From the sequence record NC_016571.1: a DNA stretch of 64,000 nt; one strand, given 5' to 3'. Under the pieces are notes generated by a model, which ran no database searches, had not been told where the DNA came from, and worked only from the letters and a program-made list of their open reading frames with translations. A program made the position numbers and the translations under genes. Below are positions 39,019 through 50,123 of the stretch, piece after piece; positions within the stretch are counted from its first letter, which is position 1; the number at the start of each line of letters is the position of its first letter.

Positions 39019-39486
39019 ATGTACAGTATCGATAAGCGCGGTCTTACTTCGGCTATCGCTATCGCCCTAATACCTCAGTTCAAAAATGAAAATCCTGAAG
39101 AGGATCTTCTCACCTATAACTTTCACTTAGTGTTAGATATGGTGCTCGGGGTGATGAACAGCGATACCCGAAACATCGACGATGCTATTGACGACCAGTA
39201 CCGGTTGTATCCAGAGGAAAGGAACCTTGCATTTTTAGCTGAGGTCATCCGACTAGAAGTCATTGACATCAAAAAGCAATTTATGCAAGCTGGATTCGAT
39301 CGTCGATTGAAGTATAAGTTAGTGACACGGAATGTCGGTGCTCATAAGTTCTACGGGATTGCAATGGACCTCGATGCGACAACTATCGCATTAACCGAAG
39401 CGGAACCGGTAGTAGAAACTGACAATGCATTCGCCGTATCTCAGGAGCCATCGATCGATGAACTTGAAGCAGCTTTCAATTGGTAG
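39019..39486 (+). CDS. conserved hypothetical protein
   Basis: 155 aa. Confidence 0.65.
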   Translation: MYSIDKRGLTSAIAIALIPQFKNENPEEDLLTYNFHLVLDMVLGVMNSDTRNIDDAIDDQYRLYPEERNLAFLAEVIRLEVIDIKKQFMQAGFDRRLKYKLVTRNVGAHKFYGIAMDLDATTIALTEAEPVVETDNAFAVSQEPSIDELEAAFNW

Positions 39487-40060
39487 GGAATTAATCAACT
39501 TCGTATCTTTCGATTCTCACATCATCGAAGCTGTTAATGAAAAGGCGATGTTTGCTCATCGTCTGGTTCGTCAGGAAGATATCCCCAGTATCGTGGATGG
39601 GTTAAGAGAATGGCTGATTCGTTCTGTTGGTATCTTTACGACGGTTGGATATTACCGCTCTCCTGATCTAAAGTTGTGGTTTGATGGTGAAACAATAATC
39701 GAAGAGTTTGATGAACTCCTTCTTAAGTTCAAAACCTTTCTTGAAGCTGAGAGAGGAATCGACTTAAAGGGTGAGTACAGCTTACTCCGTTATCGTGATA
39801 ACCTGAACTTCATCATGTTCGCCGGTAAGCCAATTGGTGACGTGACCAACGATCTAGGGATGCCGGTTTTTTCTGGTTTCTTAACAGAAGAAGAAGAAAT
39901 CAGGTTTGGTTATGCTCTGGAAGAAGCGAATCATTTCATCGAAGATCTTATCAGTCGGATGAATGATAAATTCGACGCTCTTGATAACGCAGAAGCATTT
40001 GTCAAAGAGTTGATTGGTGATAGACTTCCTGAAGTACTCAAACGCCACCTTTCCCAATGA
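39425..40060 (+). CDS. hypothetical protein
   Basis: ORF; start uncertain. Confidence 0.6.
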   Translation: MHSPYLRSHRSMNLKQLSIGRELINFVSFDSHIIEAVNEKAMFAHRLVRQEDIPSIVDGLREWLIRSVGIFTTVGYYRSPDLKLWFDGETIIEEFDELLLKFKTFLEAERGIDLKGEYSLLRYRDNLNFIMFAGKPIGDVTNDLGMPVFSGFLTEEEEIRFGYALEEANHFIEDLISRMNDKFDALDNAEAFVKELIGDRLPEVLKRHLSQ

Positions 40061-40068
40061 GGTAATAA

Positions 40069-40392
40069 ATGAGGAAGCCGGAACTTTATAGTTTCAACAT
40101 CTTCCCATTACTTCGAATAATCGATAGATACAAGCTGGATAGTACTCTCTTCTTTAAAATCATTCTGAATTTCCTCTCTCATCGCCGGGAGGAAATTCTT
40201 AATGTAGAACTGTCCAAATGGTTTAGCCCACATGACGTTCGTATTAAATTAGAGATGAAGCCTATTTTATACCAACTCATGCATGAGTTGAATCATTCGG
40301 ATAATGTGGAAGATTACTTCGTCTTAAACAAACGTTTCTATATTAAGGATCACCCTTATGACCCAACAGATGAGTTCGATGAATACACCTAA
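40069..40392 (+). CDS. hypothetical protein
   Basis: 107 aa, GAGG RBS. Confidence 0.65.
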   Translation: MRKPELYSFNIFPLLRIIDRYKLDSTLFFKIILNFLSHRREEILNVELSKWFSPHDVRIKLEMKPILYQLMHELNHSDNVEDYFVLNKRFYIKDHPYDPTDEFDEYT

Positions 40393-40681
40393 AGCGGTTT
40401 ATTCTCACTCGATACAATTTCCAGGTGTGGCTTTCACCACCCTGTTGAATTCCTGCATCCTGTTACTCAACGTCTATGGTATCAAGCACACGGCTCAGTA
40501 CGACCCAAGCTTCGATACCTCGGCCCTCACATCGGGCAACCCGACAGCAGACGCCAGATTCCAGAATGACTACATGAACTTCAAAATGATGTTGGATGGG
40601 CTACAGAGTCAATATTCCGATATTAGTTGCGACCTTCAGTCCAATGGATCTGTCCTGTACATGAAGTTTACCTGCAACTAG
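40358..40681 (+). CDS. hypothetical protein
   Basis: 107 aa. Confidence 0.6.
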   Translation: MTQQMSSMNTPKAVYSHSIQFPGVAFTTLLNSCILLLNVYGIKHTAQYDPSFDTSALTSGNPTADARFQNDYMNFKMMLDGLQSQYSDISCDLQSNGSVLYMKFTCN

Positions 40682-40689
40682 GAAAACGT

Positions 40690-41316
40690 ATGTATGTTAA
40701 TCTGAATTGCTTCGACTACAACAAACTGTTATCGGGAATAGTCGAGCATTACAACTTGCAAGACGATTTAACAGATGAGACCATTGCACAGGTGTTCCGT
40801 AATCTGTCGAATCTGTATAGTTCCCGTGGTGATCTAGGAATCACTGAAGAAGAAGTCAAGATGGTTGAAAGCTTCCTTGGATTAACTGTATCGTACATCT
40901 CTTTCGAAGGCGAAGATTTTATCGCCATACAGGAACAGATCGATGACGGTCTTGATTCATTAGAAGCCCACTTAACACAGCAGGTCGATCAAGTTCCATA
41001 TGGGAGCTTTATTGAAAAATGGGTTATCGGTAAGTTTCTTAATGACGTGGATGTTGAGTCCTGCGAGTACTTTGAACAGGTCGCTCATTTCATAGAGTGT
41101 TTCGACAACATGATCCACCGATACATCACTGCGAAATCCATACCTGATTTTGGTCCTGGTGAGTTATTCGTTTTGGGCGAGATTGAGAAATACACTCATC
41201 CCTGTGAAGTAGTCACCAATATTAATGTGATCGACGTTCCTGGTACCAAAGTTCGCTATGGGAATTCTTTGATTACCTTCCCTCTCATTTTGGTGAATGT
41301 AACCGAAACCCATTAA
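40690..41316 (+). CDS. acidic hypothetical protein
   Basis: ATG 40690 just after the upstream stop. Confidence 0.65.
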   Translation: MYVNLNCFDYNKLLSGIVEHYNLQDDLTDETIAQVFRNLSNLYSSRGDLGITEEEVKMVESFLGLTVSYISFEGEDFIAIQEQIDDGLDSLEAHLTQQVDQVPYGSFIEKWVIGKFLNDVDVESCEYFEQVAHFIECFDNMIHRYITAKSIPDFGPGELFVLGEIEKYTHPCEVVTNINVIDVPGTKVRYGNSLITFPLILVNVTETH

Positions 41317-41325
41317 GGAGATCTC

Positions 41326-41748
41326 ATGGCCAGCTTAAAAACTCTGAAGAAGGACGATATTGTCAACTTTGACATGCTTCGTCCTGGTATCTTCGGAGAC
41401 CAATATAAGGGCGCGGTAATCGCGTCCATTGGTGATTTCAACGTAGCCCGTCTGGTCGATCCAGATGTCGCTCAAAAACACGCCAGCTTTTATCCTTTCT
41501 TCAAGGATAAAGTTGACAACGTCGATAACCCCGCTATCTATGATTACCTGATTCTTCAGTTGGATAAAACCAAGCCCAACTTGATTGCAATCGGGTTCCC
41601 ATGGATTAATGAAGGGTCTCTGAAAACAATCACCACCAGACAAGCTGTTGTCATCATTCGTGAATTCCAAGAATATCATCGCGCTGCGCTGACCGATTTC
41701 CTGGAAGGAATGAACGTTGATTACACTTTGACCATCGACGATCAGTAA
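41326..41748 (+). CDS. conserved hypothetical protein upstream of the DNA polymerase
   Basis: 140 aa, AAGGAG RBS. Confidence 0.7.
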   Translation: MASLKTLKKDDIVNFDMLRPGIFGDQYKGAVIASIGDFNVARLVDPDVAQKHASFYPFFKDKVDNVDNPAIYDYLILQLDKTKPNLIAIGFPWINEGSLKTITTRQAVVIIREFQEYHRAALTDFLEGMNVDYTLTIDDQ

Positions 41749-41841
41749 GAAAAATAATATCCTATTACTGGACCTACCATAAGGTAGGTCTGGTAATATT
41801 AAGATTACCCAATTATTTTTTTTCTCCGTTGAGGAAAGTGT

Positions 41842-43920
41842 ATGTCTGGAGTAGGTCCTTTTCTCTCTGAAAACTATGAGAGCGATCGCAATCTGTTAAA
41901 ACACGCGATCAGTCAGTACAGCATGATGGTTAGCCGTAGCCAAGGTTTAGATGAAGACGAAGTTAAACGAAACTTTGTTGAGTTCTTTAAAGGTAACAAA
42001 GATAAGTTCAAATCACTGAGAGCTAAGGTTATCGTTAAGAACAAGATGGAAGACCGTGAGATGAAAATCTTACCTTTGTCATCTGTCTTTAAATATGTTC
42101 AGGAAAAGAACTATCACTTATCTCCATCAATGGTGGCTTACACTCACTCTGATGAAGAAGAATGTGTTAACTCGATTGGTACCCGTCTATTCATCGATAA
42201 CCGATCCTACTATAAACAGTTGATGCAGAAAGCCCGCGACGCCGGTGACAACGAAAACCGTGATAAGTATAAAGAAATCCAGAACGCCTTTAAGATCTTT
42301 AACAACGCCCAATCCGGTGCCATGTCATCCGAAGGTACACCAATTAACAATAAGACGGGTCATACATCATTGACCTCTACTTGTCGTTGCTTAACATCTA
42401 CAGCTAACCTGATCAACGAACAGTTCATTGCCGGTAACCACTTCTATAACACACCAGAGAACACGTTACAGTCAATCATGGCTCGTCTACAGGTAACGGA
42501 TTACAAGCTGTTAGAAAGCGTTATGGAGAAGTACAAGCTGCATTATGCAACAACCGAAGACTTGATGGAATCCATTCATTATTGTTCACGTCGTTATTGG
42601 ACGTCAGCAAAACACATGGCGATCATCGAACACTTCTTAATGCACATTTCTCCGCTGGAACGTTCTGCGCTTCTTTATACCCTTGACCTGGTATCTTTGT
42701 TCAAACATAACAAAGAGTTCGTTAGTGGATTCTTCGATGAGTGGGTTTCTATGAATCCGCCTGAAGAAGGGAAAACAGAGAAAGATTACCTGGCTCCGGA
42801 TAACGGTGACAAGTACGTACTCTGTGTATCCAAACTCCACCGTAAACCAAGTAAGGTAGAGGTCAACGCACTGAACACTCGACATATGGAAGTTGAGGCT
42901 AAGTACTCAGACTTCATGAAGATCTTCTTCAACTCCCCAATTCCACCGTCTGGTCTGTTCGATGTAACTTCCTCTATCCGTGACTGTGTATTGACTTCCG
43001 ATACTGACTCCTCCATTTATACAGTGGACGAAATGATCGAAGCATATACTCATGACCGTGAGAAAGGTGTTAACCTGAACGGCGTTCTGACTTACTTCAT
43101 CCGCATGATCTCTGTTGACCAACACCAACAGCTCTCAGCTAACTTAAACGTGGCTAAGAAGAACCTGCGTATGCTGGGTATGAAGAACGAATACTATTTC
43201 GGTGCTTATGTTACCACGCTGATGTCCAAACACTATTATGCTAGCCAGCAGATGGTTGAAGGTGTTCGTAACTCAGAACCTGAAATGGAAATCAAAGGGG
43301 TTCACCTTAAATCTTCTAAGATCGCATCGAACATTAAAGACTTCGCTCAGAAACTCATGGGTGATACTTTAGATGCTATCGAGCACAAGAAGAAACTCAG
43401 CCCAGCTGAAACGCTGAAAGAGATTGGTGACCTGGAACGTACCATCGTTGATGACATTCAAGCTGGTGATTGGAAATGGTTATCTCGTCAGGGTGTTAAG
43501 GGTTCTGCTTCTTACTCTAAACCTATGGCATCGGTATACTTCTATCACGAACTGTGGGAGAATGTATTCGCTGAGAAATATGGTCCGGCTCCAGAACTTC
43601 CATACACTGGCGTTAAGATGTCAGTTGATTTGGGTAGTAAGACCAAGGTTAAGGAATTCATAGAACGTCTGGAAGATAAAGCATTAGCTGACCGCTTCTT
43701 GAAGTTCATGGAATCCACTGGTCGTACTGATTTGGGTAACTTGGTTGTTCCTATGGAACGTATGCAGTTCCTTGCCGACATTCCAATTGAGATCAAACAA
43801 GCTATCGATTATCGTACAGTAATCAAACAAAACCTGAAGTGTGTTTATGAAGTTCTGAACTCCACAGGCTTGTACTTTATGAATGATTCAATCAGTCGTC
43901 TGGTTAGTGACGAACACTAA
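41842..43920 (+). CDS. family-B DNA polymerase, polymerase portion (phiKZ gp50-like)
   Basis: KIFNNAQSGAM (motif B-like), SDTDSS (motif C), KHYY and IKGV motifs. Confidence 0.85.
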   Translation: MSGVGPFLSENYESDRNLLKHAISQYSMMVSRSQGLDEDEVKRNFVEFFKGNKDKFKSLRAKVIVKNKMEDREMKILPLSSVFKYVQEKNYHLSPSMVAYTHSDEEECVNSIGTRLFIDNRSYYKQLMQKARDAGDNENRDKYKEIQNAFKIFNNAQSGAMSSEGTPINNKTGHTSLTSTCRCLTSTANLINEQFIAGNHFYNTPENTLQSIMARLQVTDYKLLESVMEKYKLHYATTEDLMESIHYCSRRYWTSAKHMAIIEHFLMHISPLERSALLYTLDLVSLFKHNKEFVSGFFDEWVSMNPPEEGKTEKDYLAPDNGDKYVLCVSKLHRKPSKVEVNALNTRHMEVEAKYSDFMKIFFNSPIPPSGLFDVTSSIRDCVLTSDTDSSIYTVDEMIEAYTHDREKGVNLNGVLTYFIRMISVDQHQQLSANLNVAKKNLRMLGMKNEYYFGAYVTTLMSKHYYASQQMVEGVRNSEPEMEIKGVHLKSSKIASNIKDFAQKLMGDTLDAIEHKKKLSPAETLKEIGDLERTIVDDIQAGDWKWLSRQGVKGSASYSKPMASVYFYHELWENVFAEKYGPAPELPYTGVKMSVDLGSKTKVKEFIERLEDKALADRFLKFMESTGRTDLGNLVVPMERMQFLADIPIEIKQAIDYRTVIKQNLKCVYEVLNSTGLYFMNDSISRLVSDEH

Positions 43921-43942
43921 TAATCTTATGAAAACAATTTGA

Positions 43943-43971
43943 AACTCTACCCGGGATCACCGGGTAGAGTT
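43943..43971. terminator. bidirectional terminator
   Basis: AACTCTACCCGG-GATCA-CCGGGTAGAGTT between convergent genes. Confidence 0.7.
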
Positions 43972-43987
43972 CCTGTTGTATGTGTGT

Positions 43988-45085
43988 TTATGAAACTTTT
44001 GCTTTAACGGTGTTCCAGAGATTGGTGAAGTGATCTGCCCAAACTTTATCCTTGATCTGTCCAACCTGAGTCTGTAATGGGAACTTATCGAAATAGATCC
44101 TCAGTTCAGAGTTCAGCTGACCATCAATAGTCCCAAGGAATACGTTATAGTCCAAATACTTCCTCACAAGCCCCAGAGAGCCCATTGTCCATATCCAGGA
44201 CATCTGCATAAAGAAGATGGATTTAAACGCCTCAGGGAAGTAGAAGCGGTTCTTATCCACTATTGGGTTGGTGACTTCATTAACCAGATAGAAGTTAGTA
44301 AATGACTTCATCTGAGTGCCCATGAATACCTTCTTCTTGAAGTTAACGTAATCCGCTAACTTACTTTCAAAAGCCTCATAGTTCCAGCTACCTTTAATAG
44401 CCTGGATCTTACCTTCATACTGATTTAAGTAATTGAGGTTAACCAGTTCGTTATGGTAGATGTAACAGTTCATTAACGGATAACCAGCAAGATACCCATG
44501 AGGGGAATTACCCCAAGCTTTCCCTTCCTTCAATGTTCTCCAGAACCCAATGATCAACGCATAAGGGTCAATCTGGACAATGGTGTATAAAGGACGGCTA
44601 GCACTGTAGTTCTGGGTATTGAGGAGTTGCATGATATCTAACCGCTGTAATGTATCAGTGGTATAGATCGGAACCAAAGGAACCAATTCATGTAAACTCT
44701 TACTGAGGTATTCATTAATTTGTACACGGTCGGGTTTGCCGAACGGAACAACCAGAAGAGTGTTGTGATTGTCTTCTGGGTATATGGACTTGATGTGGTT
44801 CTTTCCTCTATTATACAGGCTGGTCAAATCAGACAAGCTCGCATACTGTTGGAGTTTATTATCGATCACATTAATTAAGTATTCCGGAGACCATTCTAGG
44901 TTAACCGAAAAACTCAACAAGAACTGAACTAATGGATGTTGGTTAGGGAGTGTCCGATTGCCAAGGTCAATATAGTCTTTAAAACTATTATTGTTCCTCT
45001 GCATGATTCTGCGAAGGTTTCCTAATTCGCCATAATTCTGTATCGGATTGCTCACCCCATTATTGGACAATGTGAAATATGACAT
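43988..45085 (-). CDS. conserved protein, possibly virion
   Basis: 365 aa minus-strand gene between DNA polymerase and chimallin, as in phiKZ-like genomes. Confidence 0.6.
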   Translation of the reverse strand: MSYFTLSNNGVSNPIQNYGELGNLRRIMQRNNNSFKDYIDLGNRTLPNQHPLVQFLLSFSVNLEWSPEYLINVIDNKLQQYASLSDLTSLYNRGKNHIKSIYPEDNHNTLLVVPFGKPDRVQINEYLSKSLHELVPLVPIYTTDTLQRLDIMQLLNTQNYSASRPLYTIVQIDPYALIIGFWRTLKEGKAWGNSPHGYLAGYPLMNCYIYHNELVNLNYLNQYEGKIQAIKGSWNYEAFESKLADYVNFKKKVFMGTQMKSFTNFYLVNEVTNPIVDKNRFYFPEAFKSIFFMQMSWIWTMGSLGLVRKYLDYNVFLGTIDGQLNSELRIYFDKFPLQTQVGQIKDKVWADHFTNLWNTVKAKVS

Positions 45086-45130
45086 TGATGGGAGCCCCAG
45101 AAAGCTATCAGTAATTTTTTACTGATAGAT

Positions 45131-45275
45131 TGTATATTATGTAAACTAACATTCAAGCCACGTGCTTGAGTGTAAGACGGGAGTCGTACGTTTATTTGGC
45201 AAGTATACATACGATCAACTGTCAAATTTTTATGCGCCTATAATATTTGAAGTCTATATTATTATGGTGTATAAG
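45131..45275 (+). promoter_or_regulatory. tandem early-promoter-like motifs upstream of chimallin
   Basis: TATATTAT at ~45133 and 45255, the latter followed by TATGGTGTA. Confidence 0.45.
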
Positions 45276-45348
45276 GAAACAAATGTTTTCTATATTTCTC
45301 CCACTAGTGTAAATTAACGTTAATTCATATATTAAGTAAGGAATAATT

Positions 45349-47256
45349 ATGTCCCTCGATACCATCAACAACGGCAACAACAACTCTTCTTCTAACAACG
45401 CTGGTAACTCTCAAATGAAAAGTTCCGAAAATGCTCTGTTCGCTCTGCTGGGTCAATCTAACCTGATCTCCTCTACTCACAACATCACCGAAGTTTCTGA
45501 TGTTGTTAAGTCCCTGGAAGAAATGGTTAAACACCTGGATAAGAACACCGCAAGCCAGGCGCAGAAACTGTCTCTGCCACGCAACATCCGTAACGTCACT
45601 TCCGACATCAGCCCGCAGCTGCCAGGTATCATCCTGTCTACCGTTGTTAACGCGACTGCATACGTTCAGCCGGTTCTGTTCTTCAAAGTGGGTGTAACTG
45701 AAGTTACCGAAACTATCGTTCTGGCTAACGAAGCAATGCCACGTGGTATCGCTAAAGTTCCAACTTCCTTCATGACTCAGGAAGTAATGGAAAAAGTGAA
45801 ATCCGCATACGCATTCGTTGACAGCAAACAAATGGACAAAGTTGTTATCCTGTCTCCAATGGTTCTGAACCTGGAGAAGTTCATCAAGAACTCTCTGAAG
45901 TACGAAGACATGATCGCCGACGTTCGCAACGTTCTGCTGAAAGAGTGGAACACTGGTCTGTACAACACCGTAGTTCTGGATGTTGCCAAAGCTGGTGCTG
46001 AATTCCCTAACCCGTTCAAAGACGGTAAACTGTTCGGTAAAGACGATGCAGCAGTAGCTCGTATCGAACCTATCAACAAACAGTCTATCGACGGCGTACC
46101 GGTTCCGTACAACCTGGCAGTTAAACTGGCTACCACCAACAAAAACAACACTCAGAACATGAACAGCAACAACACTAAGTCTGTTGCAACTTCTTACCTG
46201 ACTGTTAGCCTGGAAGCGATGTCTCAGCAGCAGTTCATGGCTGCGAAGATGGCTCGTCCTGGCGCAAACGTTGGACCTCTGGTTCCAGTGATCTCTACCG
46301 GCGTAACCGTACCAGGCGAAACCCTGAACAACAACAACTCCATGTTGACCGCAGCACTGGGTCTGTACGCATCTATCGGTGCAAACCAGATGCAGTTCTT
46401 CTCTGAAGCATTCCGTGGTAAAGAAGTGGGTCACCGTGGTAACCTGTCTAACTTCAACTACTACCTGTCTCAGATCCTTCAGGGCGCGTACAGCACTCCT
46501 CAGTTCATCACTGATAAGAACATCACCAACGCCAACGCAGTTAACGACTGGCTGCAACGCTATGTAGCTCCGAACGCAGTATACGTTCTGGATCTGGGTA
46601 GCTTCGGTGAAGATGTTTCTAACTCTGATTTCTGGTGGAACGTGATCGTTAAGCCTTCTGGCTCTACTTATCACCGTGCGCTGGTTAACCTGCTGGACGT
46701 TCTGTCTGGTGGCGCATTCAGCAAAATCGCTGCTGAGAACGCATCTAAGCCAAACCGTGATCCACGTAAAGACTGGGCACCTGGCGATGCAATCCTGAAA
46801 CCAACCAACATCATCATGCCTTCTGGTATTGCACAGGGTAAAGATGGTAAGTGGTTCGACCTGGCAGAAGTTGACGGCATGTTCCTGCGTCAGGACAACT
46901 ACTACGGTCAGAACGAAATCGCTGTAAACGAATACCTGGGTCTGGTATGTGGTTCAATGGGCGGCGATGCGAAAGTTCGTCAGTTCAACATCTACAACCG
47001 TCTGAACCAGCTGTTCGGCACCAACGTAATCGTTGATGGTTGGAAACGTCGTTTCGTGTGGGAAGATTCCTTCTTCAACACCTTCGCTAAAGCGATGGCT
47101 TCTGCTGGTATGCTGTCTATGTCTGCATCTAACCTGGGTGCAATGTGGACTCACCAGTTCAGCAACGACTACCTGACCAGCACCATGACTGCAATGCTGT
47201 CTCAGAACTTCGGTTCAGGCGCAATGGCATTCAACGGCGGTTACTCCCACTACTAA
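45349..47256 (+). CDS. chmA: chimallin, phage nuclear shell protein
   Basis: 635 aa, strong codon bias, directly upstream of the nvRNAP beta-prime gene (phiKZ gp54-gp55 synteny); PhuZ in the same block. Confidence 0.85.
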   Translation: MSLDTINNGNNNSSSNNAGNSQMKSSENALFALLGQSNLISSTHNITEVSDVVKSLEEMVKHLDKNTASQAQKLSLPRNIRNVTSDISPQLPGIILSTVVNATAYVQPVLFFKVGVTEVTETIVLANEAMPRGIAKVPTSFMTQEVMEKVKSAYAFVDSKQMDKVVILSPMVLNLEKFIKNSLKYEDMIADVRNVLLKEWNTGLYNTVVLDVAKAGAEFPNPFKDGKLFGKDDAAVARIEPINKQSIDGVPVPYNLAVKLATTNKNNTQNMNSNNTKSVATSYLTVSLEAMSQQQFMAAKMARPGANVGPLVPVISTGVTVPGETLNNNNSMLTAALGLYASIGANQMQFFSEAFRGKEVGHRGNLSNFNYYLSQILQGAYSTPQFITDKNITNANAVNDWLQRYVAPNAVYVLDLGSFGEDVSNSDFWWNVIVKPSGSTYHRALVNLLDVLSGGAFSKIAAENASKPNRDPRKDWAPGDAILKPTNIIMPSGIAQGKDGKWFDLAEVDGMFLRQDNYYGQNEIAVNEYLGLVCGSMGGDAKVRQFNIYNRLNQLFGTNVIVDGWKRRFVWEDSFFNTFAKAMASAGMLSMSASNLGAMWTHQFSNDYLTSTMTAMLSQNFGSGAMAFNGGYSHY

Positions 47257-47347
47257 TACGTAGTGTGTAAGTTGTAAAGTGTAAACGACAAGGAGAGCGG
47301 GTGCAAGCCTGTTCTCCTTGTTTTACTTTAGAGAGGTTTATTTTTTA

Positions 47348-48940
47348 ATGACTAATACCGTAGCCGACATTCTGAACAAGTTCTCTGATGAGAATATGAT
47401 TCCTTCTATCTTGTTCGATACAATGTTGAAAGACACCGGCATTAAACATCCTGGCGACGACGAAAGTTTCTATTCACCACTGTATCCTGACTTCGAAGAC
47501 TTCGATCTCAAACACGATACATCTATAGTTGCTCCGGTATATCTGAATGACTTCGACTTTAACATCGAAGAAGACCGCGAAGCAATCATCGAACTTCTGC
47601 GTACCGAATTCGAAGGTAACAACTTTGACACCGTAGCGAGCTGTCAATGTAAGAAGTATCGTTGGAATGGTTATCTGGGTTCTGAGTTCGTTTGTGATAA
47701 CTGTGGGCATAAGGTCACCAAACCCCTTACTGCTCGTATTGAAACCAAAGTCTGGTTAAAACGTCCAGCTTATGTATCTGGATTTGTTAGTCCAGCCATG
47801 TATGCTGTATTCTTTAGTAAGCTCAATACCAAATCTCCGAAAGTAAACTTAGTTGACTACTGGGTGAACTCTCAGATTCGTAATGAGAAACGTTTTAAAG
47901 ATCCAGCCAACAATGCGTTTAAGATTGCGGCTAAACTGGAAGCCTTCCGCAATACACTGGGAATTGAATTCGGGTATAACAGTTTCATCGACAACATCGA
48001 CCTGATCATCCGTGGTGCAGTTGAACACGATGTGAGTAAGGTACTGGACCTGACTGAAAATGACCGTCGTCATTATGCGTTGTTCTGGGAACGTTATCGT
48101 ACCAAAGCTGTATTTAAGTATCTCCCACTCCCTAACAAAATCACCACAGTCGTTGAATCGGATCAACGTGACCGCTATGTAAACAAAGAGCAAACAGATC
48201 TGGATAAGATCTACTTTACTCTGGCTGACACCTATCCGATCGATGATGTTCGAGCTGATGAGAACGAAGACTTAATGGGCCAGAACCTGAAACCATTAGT
48301 CGATGCATTAGCTGAAGTACAGAAGAACATTCTGTTCGGTAAGAAAGGTATGATTCGCTATCATGCTGGCGCAGGTAAGTTGCCATTTACTGGTCGTTCT
48401 ATTATTACCGGTGAATCTGGCGTCTGTCGTTCTGATACAATCATTCTTCCTTGGTTGTATGGTCTGACTTGTCTGGATAAACATCTTACGAACTGGTTGT
48501 ATCGTAAGGGTTATACTCCGATGAAGATCAAGGAGATTATCCGAACAGCTGCTCACACCCGACATCCTGTAATCGAAGAGTTCTATAACTGGATCGAAAC
48601 CAATCGCTATGCGATGGCTACGGCTGGTCGAAATCCATCGATTCAATATCTGTCTGCTCGTGGGTTCTTCGTTAAGTTCAACCGTGATCTTGACGATAAG
48701 TCCATCCGTATTCCAATCACCACCGTTAAGGAGTTTGGTGCGGACTTCGATGGCGACCAGATGTACGTTATCTTCATCCCGGATATGATTTCTAAAGCGG
48801 AAGCATATTCTAGCTGGGGTCACCATCAGATGTTGGACCCGAATAAGCCATTTAAGGTTTCTCGTTTCGGTACCCATACCAAAACTAACTTATTAAATAT
48901 CAACTCGTTGTTACTTAACGAACCAATTGAGGAGAGTTGA
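47348..48940 (+). CDS. non-virion RNA polymerase beta-prime N-terminal subunit (phiKZ gp55-like)
   Basis: Zn-finger CQC...CDNC, KKGMIR, GRSII, RNPSI and catalytic ADFDGD. Confidence 0.92.
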   Translation: MTNTVADILNKFSDENMIPSILFDTMLKDTGIKHPGDDESFYSPLYPDFEDFDLKHDTSIVAPVYLNDFDFNIEEDREAIIELLRTEFEGNNFDTVASCQCKKYRWNGYLGSEFVCDNCGHKVTKPLTARIETKVWLKRPAYVSGFVSPAMYAVFFSKLNTKSPKVNLVDYWVNSQIRNEKRFKDPANNAFKIAAKLEAFRNTLGIEFGYNSFIDNIDLIIRGAVEHDVSKVLDLTENDRRHYALFWERYRTKAVFKYLPLPNKITTVVESDQRDRYVNKEQTDLDKIYFTLADTYPIDDVRADENEDLMGQNLKPLVDALAEVQKNILFGKKGMIRYHAGAGKLPFTGRSIITGESGVCRSDTIILPWLYGLTCLDKHLTNWLYRKGYTPMKIKEIIRTAAHTRHPVIEEFYNWIETNRYAMATAGRNPSIQYLSARGFFVKFNRDLDDKSIRIPITTVKEFGADFDGDQMYVIFIPDMISKAEAYSSWGHHQMLDPNKPFKVSRFGTHTKTNLLNINSLLLNEPIEES

Positions 48941-49611
48941 TGAACGCAACAAGTGCATTCACTCGAGCTTGTAGTGGATCCATGACGGAAGCTTCTGCTG
49001 GAGCATTCAATAACTTTATGAATGGCTTCTATGAGAAGTATGACAATCTGTCGGGCTGGCTTGGTGAAACACTGACTTCCGTTAAAGACGCTCATAATAA
49101 CTTTATGAGTAGCCGTATGTGGGAATTCAGTAACCGAGTCAATGGTAAAGATGGTACATATGTAGGTCGTTTCGAAATCGGCTATCTGTCTGAAGTTAAG
49201 TATCAACAACAGGCGACTGGTTTCATGCGAGATTACATTATGGCCAACCCACTGTTGATGGGTCTTTATGAAGAAGATCGTGTATCTGGTTATGACGGTG
49301 ATTTCAATGCCCTCTGTTCTGGCATTGGACGTGATAACTATTTCTTCAATAAGGCTAACGACGGTAAGGTCATCTTCGATGCAGAGAAAGAAACTCTGAA
49401 CAGAACTGTCTATACCAGCTCACGTGATCAACTGACTCACCTCGGATTCTCTGAGCGTGTTGACATCCACCGTACTTGGCAGGCTACCAATCTCCATATC
49501 GCTAAAGGTCTATTTGACCCAACTAGCATCACTGGTGGGAATATCCTGTCTCTGGAAGAAGTTGAAGAACTGCGTCAGCAACGTGAGGAGCGATCGAGCT
49601 CTGAAGAATAA
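48937..49611 (+). CDS. conserved hypothetical protein
   Basis: 224 aa, ATGA overlap with the RNAP gene. Confidence 0.7.
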   Translation: MMNATSAFTRACSGSMTEASAGAFNNFMNGFYEKYDNLSGWLGETLTSVKDAHNNFMSSRMWEFSNRVNGKDGTYVGRFEIGYLSEVKYQQQATGFMRDYIMANPLLMGLYEEDRVSGYDGDFNALCSGIGRDNYFFNKANDGKVIFDAEKETLNRTVYTSSRDQLTHLGFSERVDIHRTWQATNLHIAKGLFDPTSITGGNILSLEEVEELRQQREERSSSEE

Positions 49612-49688
49612 CTAGAATTGTAATAGGGTGGAAACACCCTATTACTTTTCACACATCGCTTATTTTTTTTTGTTTCAAACGGAGAGTT

Positions 49689-50114
49689 ATGGACCTCGTA
49701 ACTAACACCCACCTTAAAGTGCCAAACATTAAGCGTTCTGATGTAGAGCGTTTAATCCTTGAAAATAAAATAGATGACGAGGGTAGAATGCTTGTACATA
49801 AGGACGACCTGGTTAATGTAAAACGCCCAGCCGATAACCCAAACCGCTTTAAAGCTTATAATGCCAAAGGTACCAAATTGGGTGTTATTGAATTTCAGCA
49901 AGGTTTTGTGGATGAAGAGAAAGGTGCCAATGGTTTGACTAATGAAGCAGTCATTGCAATTGCATTAGACCGTATCAAGTCACAAAACCAAGGCAAGTTC
50001 AAATCCCCACAGAACGATGCTGCCATCGAATGTCTTCAGGGTGCATTAGTTGCCCTGCGCCATCGTAATGATGACCGCAAAGAACGTGGTGTATCTAACA
50101 CGGATCAAAAATAA
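49689..50114 (+). CDS. tad1: Tad1-like immune second-messenger sponge
   Basis: IEFQQG...[40 protein letters not shown]...[10 protein letters not shown] follows the Tad1 pattern IKFQKG...GV...LLEIVRDRL..FQ.GPF..REN..A...EEAL...R..DR..R.V. Confidence 0.75.
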   Translation: MDLVTNTHLKVPNIKRSDVERLILENKIDDEGRMLVHKDDLVNVKRPADNPNRFKAYNAKGTKLGVIEFQQGFVDEEKGANGLTNEAVIAIALDRIKSQNQGKFKSPQNDAAIECLQGALVALRHRNDDRKERGVSNTDQK

Positions 50115-50123
50115 GGTATATAA

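Noticed and set aside
45325-46674. 449 aa antisense ORF over chimallin
   Set aside because: shadow ORF with unnatural composition; the same applies to 58245-59726 and 56642-57325
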